From Octopus vulgaris (Eukaryota), in assembly GCA_951406725.2 (NCBI GenBank), contig OX597826.1, positions 2,604,001 to 2,668,000 of the forward strand: a DNA stretch of 64,000 nt. The letters are read 5' to 3'. Numbering within the stretch: the first letter of the stretch is position 1; every line of letters begins with the position of its first letter. The notes under the pieces were generated by a model that had not been told where the DNA came from, searched no databases, and saw nothing but the letters and a program-made list of their open reading frames with translations. This document shows positions 55,111 through 64,000 of the stretch, piece after piece. Made by a program: the position numbers and the translations under genes.

Positions 55111-56200
55111 AGGAATTCTAGGTATTACTCCTCCGTCAACTCGCATAAGGTAAGGATTGCATTCTCCAACACTAGGAATCTATCGCAGATAATTGCCTCC
55201 CATAATAATAAGCTGCTAAATAAGGACTCATCACACGGGGATAGCGACACTACCCTTGCTAATTCCAACCTAACATACAATAATAATATTAATAGAAAAA
55301 GTATTAATTTTAGCAGCATTCATAGCAGCATTTGCGTTAACGACAGTAATATTGATAATAATATTAATCAGTTTATTAACAGTGGTGAAGTTAGTGATAA
55401 TAGCAACAACAGTTCTAATAACAGTGGTATTATTGATGATAATAATCCTAGCATCTCTATAATCAGAGAAATTGCCGACGATATTACAATTATTAGTAAT
55501 GATAATAATAGGAATAGTATCGTGACCAATGCTAGCAATAATAATTACACCTATCATAACAATAAAAACTCCGTATTAGTCTCGGAGTTTAACCCCAACA
55601 GATTAAAGTTCTTATCCAAAAATTCCAAAATTAGAAACACAATTTACCAATGCAAAATTTCTTCGGGTACCGATGTCTTCTTTTACATAGGGGCAACTTC
55701 GTCTAAATTAGCCCAAAGGATCTCCAACTATTATTCAACTTTCCGAGATAAGAGAAAACAACACAGCACGGGATTAAGCAAACTAATTTGCCGTTTGAAA
55801 GACAGCAATTCAACCTTCAAGCTGGAATGGTCCATTTTCTCGGTATCCATTCCGTTTGATAAGGGCAGAAAAAATTGTGGCCCCCTACATCGTTTGAACT
55901 CTTGAACCTTTAGAACCTTCTAGAATTTTCTACATTCAACCAGTTTGACGTCACCCCTTATCAAGGAATATTAAAGAGACACTCATTATCGCTATGCGCT
56001 CCGTGAGAGCAGTCATCTAAAAGTTTTTGTGAATCTTGATGTTGACATAAATTCCTTGTTTTTCCTGATGAGAAAGCGGCATAATGTACTCCTTATTCCT
56101 TCACAAATATGCAGCCTTCGAAACATATGTCGAAAATAAAGGAAATTTGTTAATTTGTCGTTCAACTCCATTCTTTCATTTATTCATAAATTTTATAAAA
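55111..56200 (+). mobile_element. 3' fragment of a Penelope-like element (Naiad-like GIY-YIG endonuclease) with terminal repeat
   Basis: KVRIAFSNTRNLSQIIASHN, NTIYQCKI..FYIGAT..R, STGLSKLI..LK..LEWSI; hammerhead downstream. Clade name is from recalled motifs. Confidence 0.8.
56052..56144 (+). ncRNA. Type I hammerhead ribozyme with canonical core
   Basis: Stem I UUCCUUGUUUUUC/GAAAAUAAAGGAA; CUGAUGA 56065-71; 12-bp imperfect stem II; GAAA 56120-23; palindromic ACAUAUGU; GUC cleavage after 56131. Confidence 0.85.
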
Positions 56201-56203
56201 ATA

Positions 56204-56235
<32 letters not shown>

Positions 56236-56264
56236 TAATATTATATATATATACATAATATATA

Positions 56265-56300
<36 letters not shown>

Positions 56301-56461
56301 CATATGAATATATATATATACATTAAACTATGGCTGCAGAACAAACAAATATAAGGTCATCCTAACATTTCATATCTCGAACAATTAATCACATAATGCT
56401 TTTTCTTTCACATAGAATATACATGCATAAGAATATATGAATATATGAATATATGAATATA

Positions 56462-56510
<49 letters not shown>

Positions 56511-56514
<4 letters not shown>

Positions 56515-58876
56515 ACTGCCCCTCCCTACAACCCTTTCTCCCCTCCCGTTAGGCTCCATCCACCTACACCTAACCCTACTGCCCCGCCCAACCACCCCCC
56601 ACACACCTCCCCAATCCCTCCCCCTCAGACCTCCACGAAACCTACCACCCCTCCTACATCTATTCCACCCACCCCTTCTCCACTTCCGTCTGTTGTTACC
56701 ATTCCCCCCGATCTTCCCCTCTCTGCGGCTGAACGCTCCGTCCTTGGTAGGGGTCTGCGTTTCATCCCCCTCACTCCATCCTGTAAGGAATTCCAGACGC
56801 GAGTTGATGTCCACAGCTTTGTGCGCCGTGTCCGGTTGGGTGCGCATTATCACGACTCGCCACCCACACCCAACGAAGAGGACTGCTTCACTGGCCTGGG
56901 CCGCCGACCATCCCCGTGGACGCCTGCCCCTGGCCAGATCCTAGCAGTGGATCTTTTCGCGGGCGCTTGTCAGCGTGCATTGGAGCGGTTCAACTTCTCC
57001 AGGCGCCAACGCCGCCTCAACATCTCCCCGGCTGAGCTCTTGGCTCATCGTTCCCTCCAACGGCGCGCTGACATTATCATCAAACCGGCTGACAAGGGTG
57101 GAGCTGTAGTGGTGTGGCGCGCGGACCTCTATAGGGCCCAGGCTTTCCGCCAACTCAATGACACCTCCTTCTATTCCCCTCTGCCCTCTAACCCCACACG
57201 TAGCTACCAACAGACGGTATCCTCTACTGTCCAAGACCTCATCTCGTCCTCCCGTCTCCCCCGCACCGCATCCAACCTAATTGTGCGAACCCCACGTACC
57301 CCCACCATTTACTTCCTCCCCCAAAATCCACAAACCCAACAACCCTGGCCGCCCCATCGTCTCCGCCTGTAACTGCCCCACGGAGCTCATCTCTAAATAC
57401 CTCGACCGTGTCCTTGCCCCCCTAGTGGCATCTCTTCCCTCCCACATCCACGATACCAACCATGCTCTCCGGCTTTTCAACTCTTTCTCCTTTCCTCCCG
57501 GCTCCTCCAAAATCCTTTTTACTATGGACATCCAAAGCCTCTATACTGTTATCCCTCACCACGAAGGACTGCAGGCCCTTCGACACTTTCTTGACCTCCG
57601 CTCTAACCCTGTACCTGACACCTCCACACTCATTCGTCTGGCCGAACTTGTCCTTACTCTGAACTGCTTCTCGTTCGCGGGCGAGTTCTACCATCAGACC
57701 TCGGGAGTGGCCATGGGAACGCGAATGGGCCCCAACTATGCGAACCTGTTCGTTGGCTATGTTGAGGCCTAAATATTCTCTAATTTCACTGGTCCCACTC
57801 CTGAACTATATGGTCGTTACATTGACGACATTATCGGTGCCACCTCACTCTCCCGCGAACATCTAGATTCCTTCCTCTCTTTCGTCCAATCTTTCCATCC
57901 AGCCCTCCACTTCACTTCCACTATCTCCAACACCTCTGTCTCCTTCCTCGACATTTCGGTTAGCATTCTTCACTCCACTCTTACCACCTCCATTCACTAC
58001 AAACACACAGACTCACACTCATACCTCAACTTCTCTTCCTCCCACCCAGAACACACCAAGCTTTCCATCCCCTATTCCCAATTCCTCCGTCTACGTAGGC
58101 TCTGTAGTGACGACCATGACTTTGAGACTCAGTCTCAACGTATGGCTCACCACTTCACCCTACGTGGATACCTCCTCACCACTATCCACACCGCCCTTGC
58201 CAGAGCACGGTCCGTGGACCGTGTATCTGCTCTCTCTCCCCGAACCCGCCCTGTAGTCTCCCGCCTCCCTTTTCCCCTCACTTACCACCCCACGACCCTA
58301 CGTCTCCAACGCACCATTCTTCGAGCTTTCCGTCATCTCCAGTCCGACCCGTCCACTTCACACCTCTTCCCTAACCGACCCCTCCCCTCTTTCAAACGAG
58401 CCCACAACCTTCGAGACCTTTTGGTCCATAGCTCCTTCCCTGACCCTACCTCCCAACCCGGCTCGTTCCCCTGCTCCCGCCCACGTTGCCGCACTTGCCC
58501 TTACCTCTCCAACACCCCCCGCCTCACTCGCACCCACCATCGACCCTCTCCCATCATCCACTCTTTCACCTGCACCTCCAGCAATATTATCTATTGCATC
58601 TCTTGCTCTCTCTGCAATTCCTTGTACATCGGACAAACGGGACGCCGCTTGGCTGACCGGTTCGCGGAACACCTTCGTGACATCCACCTTGCGAACGACA
58701 CACCGGTCTCACGCCATTTCCGCTCCACCGGTCACTCCTTGCAACACCTATCTGTGTTCGGTTTGTCCTTACACAGAGGCCATCCGGATTCCCGTTTGCG
58801 CCGTGAACAGGAATTAATCTTCTCTCTTCGCTCTTATACGCCATTTGGTCTCAACTCTCCCTCCCTCCTCATCTAA
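56511..58876 (+). pseudogene. Penelope-like RT + GIY-YIG endonuclease ORF with one frameshift and one nonsense codon
   Basis: VLGRGLRF, IIIKPADKGGAVV, PKIHK..PGRPIVS, TMDIQSLYTVIP, GVAMG, RYIDD, CSRPRCRTC, NIIY..C..C..LYIGQTGR..RFAEH, PFGLN; extra C in the C run near 57320, TAA at 57770-72. Confidence 0.95.
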
Positions 58877-59200
58877 CCCCCATGTCCCCCCTCCACACCT
58901 ATCCTTTCCCCCCGACTCCTACTTCTTCAGTCCTTCATCCTTTCACCCCTACTCCCCTTCCCTTCTTCCCTCTTTCTCCCTCCCTATTCCCCTTCCCTCT
59001 GCTCCCTCACTCCCTCTCTCCCCTTCTCTCTCCCCCTCTCCCTCTTTCCTCCTTCATCCCCCTCCTCCCCCTCCTCTCCTCTTCCCCCCTCTCTCCCCCC
59101 TCTTCTTCCCCTCCCCTTCTCTCCCCCTCTTCTCCCCCTCCCCCTCTTCTCCTCACTACACCACATGACTTTACACATCACATCACATATGATGTGCCAT

Positions 59201-59357
59201 ACTAGTACATACACCAACCCCATACATACGCACGTCCAGACCAATCCTACGCACTAATACTCTCTCATACACACACACACACACAGACACACCCTTATAC
59301 ATACTAATACATACACCAACCCTATACATACACACATCCAGACCCCTCCTACGCACT
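59201..59357 (+). repeat. ~55-bp direct repeat pair in the element 3' UTR
   Basis: ACTA.TACATACACCAACCC..CCAGACC..TCCTACGCACTA at ~59201 and ~59302. Confidence 0.85.
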
Positions 59358-59529
59358 ATTAGCTGGTCCCTCAAACCCTTTTATCAACCCTATTATCTCC
59401 CCTTATTTCGCTCTCGCGTCTCATGTTTGATCTTTGACCTCTGGCCGAAATCAGATCGCCATGTTGATTCGTTAGCTACTGCACGCATTTTTTTCTCTCC
59501 TTCTTTCTGTGTTTTTCTCTCTCTGTGTA

Positions 59530-59567
59530 TCTTTCTGTTCAAGAGCGTAGGCTCGAAACGTTAAAGA
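59530..59567 (+). ncRNA. Degenerate minimal hammerhead fold in the PLE terminal repeat
   Basis: UCUUU-CUGUUCA-A-GAGC(GUAG)GCUC-GAAA-CG-UU-AAAGA. Confidence 0.6.
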
Positions 59568-59664
59568 CTTGTTTTATTTATATTTCCTGAGCGCCATACT
59601 AATACAATTGTTCGTTTGTTTTCCACCTGCCTTCGTCTTTTGTTTATTTTCATAAAGCTTCCCG

Positions 59665-59711
<47 letters not shown>

Positions 59712-59738
59712 TAATATATATATATATATATGAATATG

Positions 59739-60033
59739 TTCTCTGTAAGCCTAGTACTTATTCTATCGGACTCTTTTGCCATACAGCTAAGTTACGCGAA
59801 CGTGAACACACCAACATCGGTTGTCAAGCGATGGTAGGGGGAGAAAAAGAGATACACAAACGCATACATATACGACGGGCTTCTTTCAGTTTCCATCTAC
59901 CAAATCCCCTCACATGGCTTTTGTGGGCCCGATGCTATAATAGAGACACTTGCCCAAGGTGCCACGGCGTGGAAGTGAACTCGGAACTATGTAGGTGGTG
60001 AGCAAGCTTCTTACTACACAGCCACTCCCGCAC
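59739..60033 (-). mobile_element. SINE family A, 3'-truncated
   Basis: Aligns with 43120-43474. Confidence 0.9.
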
Positions 60034-60949
60034 ACATACATCTCTCTCTCTCTCTGCCTCTCTCTCTATATATATATGTATATACACTTATATACATATA
60101 TATATATATATACATTGACATATATGAATTATATATATATATACATAGACATATAATGTGTGTGTGTTTATGTAAATATACATACATTCATTCTAATATA
60201 TATATTCATGCACACACACATACGTAGATCCGTGTACTTGGATAGTTGCAATGTCTGGTATGGTTTGTACCAGCTTCAGCATATCAAACATGGACTGATA
60301 ATTCTCTGACAAAGACGAAAAGAACGCACCTCTGTTTCCATCCCTTTGAAACTGCACTCGCGTTTCCAAACATACACTGAGAATCTGGCATTCACAATCC
60401 ATATATATCTTTCAACAATATCTGAGGCATGTCAATTTAAATAAGATGAAAAAATATCTGAGTCAAGAAAACGAAAATCATGTCATAAAATATTGATGTT
60501 AATGCGTTTTCATTCGTAAAAAAAATATTAATAATACTAATATAAAGAAGGAAAATAAAACAGATGTGCATACGTGGAAAATTAATATAGGAAAATGGCG
60601 ATGAATCGTGACAAAGATACGGAAATAAACAGAAGAAAACATAGCTGTGGCATATTGTAACATTGTTATAGCAGTCAGCAAATGTGGATTAATGCGAAGA
60701 AAAATTAATGAAACAAAGCCTTATTCAAAATTAGAAATATCACGATCGGAAATATTGCAACAGAATATGCCGAATAGTTTTGGAAAATCTGATGAAAAAA
60801 GGAAAAAAAAAATACCAAACAAATCAAGCAACACAAAAAAAAAGAGAAAAATGGTGGGGTGAGAAAATCATAAAAAGAAAGAAGGAAAGAACCAATGTTA
60901 AGATTAATAAAAATAACAATAAATTTGCCTATGATATTAATTTACGGGG

Positions 60950-61003
60950 AGGATGATGACGATGAGGATGATGATGATGATGTAATAATAGTAATGATAA
61001 TAC

Positions 61004-61055
<52 letters not shown>
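60950..61055. repeat. (GAT)n/(TAA)n microsatellite
   Basis: Direct observation. Confidence 0.95.
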
Positions 61056-61718
61056 TACTTTAGTGACATAAAAACTAACGGAATCCGATCACGACTGTTC
61101 TAACAAAAAGACCTACTTAATAATATGGAATCTGCCAAAAAGGTGAAACAAAAATAAGTCTAATGAAGTTTCTGTATATATTCTTGCGTGTGTTGTTATT
61201 CGCGTTTAAGTTTTGTCATGTATTTTTAATCCTCAATCATATACATTTATATAAAACATATTAAGGAACTGAACATGAATGCATTCGATATGAGCTCTGC
61301 AGAAAGAAAATCAGAAATAAAAGCAAAATAAGGTAACGAAATTATCAATGGAAAAAGCTGGCAACATTAAGAATATTTACAATACAGCATGACAACTAAG
61401 ATTTTATAAGAGGAGAATATTTTTAAGATATGTCATATTCTCTCTTTCAGACATTATTAATCCTGGCAGTAAAATGATATCAAGGAACACGCGCGCAAAC
61501 ACCCACACGCGCACACATATATATATATATACGCATAAGCATAATTCGTTAAACAAATGAGTATCGATAATGATTCCGAGATTTCGAACCGTTACGCCCT
61601 CATCAGTCAGTCCGTTAATTGCTTAGCGAGCTGAAACGACCAAGTCCTTGCCAACGCTATTCTTGTTAAACAATATATATATAAAAACAATAATAAATAT
61701 ATATATATATATATATTG

Positions 61719-61782
<64 letters not shown>

Positions 61783-61791
61783 ATTTATGTA

Positions 61792-62164
61792 GGCGTAGGA
61801 GTGGCTGCGTGGTAAGTAGCTCGCTTACCAACCACATGGTTCCGGGTTCAGTGTCACTGCGTGGCATCTTCAGCAAGTGTCTTCTACTATAGCCTCGGGT
61901 CGACCAAAGCATGCATATATATATATATATATATGTATGTATGTGTGTATATATGTTTGTGTGTCTGTGTTTGTCTCCCCAACATCGCTTGACAACCGAG
62001 GCTGGTATGTTTACATACCCGTAACTTAGCGGTTGGCCAAAAGAGAACGATAGAATAAGTATTATGCTTACAATTAATAAGTCCCGGGCTCGTTTTGCTC
62101 GACTAAAGGCGGTGCGGCAGCATAGCCGTAGTCAAATGACTGAAACAAGTAAAAGAGTAAAAGA
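61792..62164 (+). mobile_element. SINE family A, near full length with internal deletion
   Basis: GGCGTAGGAGTGGCTG head to GTAAAAGAGTAAAAGA tail. Confidence 0.93.
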
Positions 62165-62417
62165 ATCTAGAAATGAAATTTGATATTATTTTGATGACTG
62201 GTCAGTCTACATCTACACATCACTACAGGTTTATAGCTTTAAGTTTATAGTGTGTATGTGCGTGCATATACACACATACATACATACATATATACATACA
62301 TACACACAGGCGTATGTACGTACATACATACATGCATGCATGCACACATGCGTGTATACATACATACACACACACATACGTACATATATATGAAGAACTA
62401 ACTGTTACTTTCTCAGA

Positions 62418-62559
62418 TGCAGCACGGATTTTTGTCAGTGAACAGGTCGCGGATTTTAGCGACGAAAATATTTTGACAAATTAAACTTAAATGTTGAAGT
62501 GAATCGAACGGCTTTTGTGTGTTTCTTAAATGGCTTACAAACACCTTCCACGCTGCAAT
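62418..62559 (+). mobile_element. ~140-bp dispersed repeat carrying a variant hammerhead (copy 2)
   Basis: Inverted near-identical copy of 17289-17428; imperfect 11-bp terminal inverted repeats TGCAGCACGGA/TCCACGCTGCA. Confidence 0.9.
62431..62480 (+). ncRNA. Minimal hammerhead ribozyme fold with G3-C8 core
   Basis: UUUGUCA-GUGAACA-G-GUCGC(GGAUUUUA)GCGAC-GAAA-AUAU-UU-UGACAAA. Confidence 0.7.
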
Positions 62560-63078
62560 ATAGAAATGTTTTTTTAAAACGTAATTCACCATAAAAACAA
62601 ACATTAATATTCAAATATAAAATAAAAGCATTATCGAAAGCATATATCCAATGTACGCGCGTTAACTGTTCGCCAGTAGGCAGCGATATGACGCAGTGGA
62701 GACGACTGTATGAGAGCACCCTGCGTAGAAATACCAGGAAGTCATAGACTGTCGTGAAATCTCACGCAAAGTCCCATTCAAAACGGATGGATGTCGATGT
62801 TTGGCCATTTTTTGCGTCATGTCTTCGTATATGTAAACTACAAAAATGGCAAAACATCGATGCCCATCACGCCTGAATGGGATTTGGGGTTAGTCGATAC
62901 ACCTGTTTATTATTTTCAGGTGTTTTAATACCCGGCGCTTTGACAGAGCCACCTCCACCGCATCAAACCACAGCGTATGTAGTACATGTGGATGTATGCA
63001 TGCATGCATGCATGTATTTATGTATGTATGTATGTATGTAGGTATGTACGTAGGTATTTATGCACGTATCTATTTAGG

Positions 63079-63121
<43 letters not shown>

Positions 63122-63300
63122 TGCAAGGAAGTTATGGGTATATAATTTTGTTGTTCGTTTACATTTGTGCGTATGTAAATCTTCTTATACATACATATAT
63201 GTATGTGTGTGTGTTTGCATGTGAGTGCGTATGCATGTGTGTCTGCCTATTAATACATACATACATACATGTATATGAACATCCGATATATACATATACA

Positions 63301-63343
<43 letters not shown>

Positions 63344-63503
63344 TTCCACAGACAGATGTATATAGACACGTACGAAGTTTTTTATGCACACACAGAAATG
63401 CTTGCACACACGCATAAAGGCATGTATATGTATACATATATTTATTTGCAAATATATATGCATATTCGCACATACATTTATATTTACAAACACATACACA
63501 CAT

Positions 63504-63547
<44 letters not shown>

Positions 63548-63949
63548 GTATGCATGTGTTTGCGCATCTGTGTGCATTTGTAGTAATGCATAGAAGATAA
63601 ACCTCAATGAAGAAACGTAGAGAGTGTGGAAATTGTTATGTGACGTAAGTGGAAAAAACTGGAGTGTCATTAATTAATGTAGGAAATGAAACGATTGAAC
63701 AGACTCCGCCTAGCACCAGCCTCATGTTGCTCATAAACCTAATTGCGAAAAATGTCTACAATAGTATCAAGCACTGCATCATATATTGTTGCATCCGTTG
63801 AATATGGTTTTCTCTTCTCTCTTTTGTTTTTGGTTTTTTCACTTTATCCTGTTACTTTGTTGGGTTGTTGGGTGTTTTCACAGTCATTCAGGTCACGTGT
63901 AAAAGATTGTGAACGCAGAACATATTGTTGCTCTTTTCCCCTTTTTTTA

Positions 63950-64000
63950 TTTTCTTCGGTCATTTGACTGCGGCCATGCTGGAGCACCGACGTTAGTCGA
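63950..64000 (-). mobile_element. SINE family A tail, runs off window
   Basis: GTCATTTGACTGCGGCCATGCTGGAGCACC. Confidence 0.85.

Larger units (their letters stand above)
56511..59665 (+). mobile_element. Penelope-like retroelement (Neptune-type: Cys-rich linker before GIY-YIG)
   Basis: C-rich island between two (TA)n tracts; RT+EN ORF, CT-rich 3' region, terminal hammerhead-like motif. Confidence 0.95.

Noticed and set aside
56389-59374. Antisense ORFs over the Penelope-like element
   Set aside because: Shadow ORFs caused by the C-rich sense strand

Overview
AT-rich, microsatellite-saturated animal genomic DNA, most likely intronic or intergenic. The SINE repertoire looks like a coleoid cephalopod such as Octopus (inferred, not proven). 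Almost all listed ORFs are translations of (TA)n, (CA)n or (TAA)n repeats. Real content: a near-intact Penelope-like retroelement (RT + GIY-YIG, two lesions), a 3' fragment of a second, divergent Penelope-like element, a decayed R4/Dong-type LINE abutting a (TAA)n tract, two internally deleted mariner copies, Helitron remnants, three tRNA-derived SINE families (several with TSDs), a ~500-bp local duplication and one plausible host exon. The most striking signal is a set of minimal type I hammerhead-ribozyme folds in at least four unrelated repeat families. One has a fully canonical core (56052-56144). Another is a ~140-bp element present twice whose core carries a compensatory C3-G8 to G3-C8 swap (GUGAACA), which standard CUGANGA searches would miss. 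All calls were made by eye; no searches or folding programs were run.
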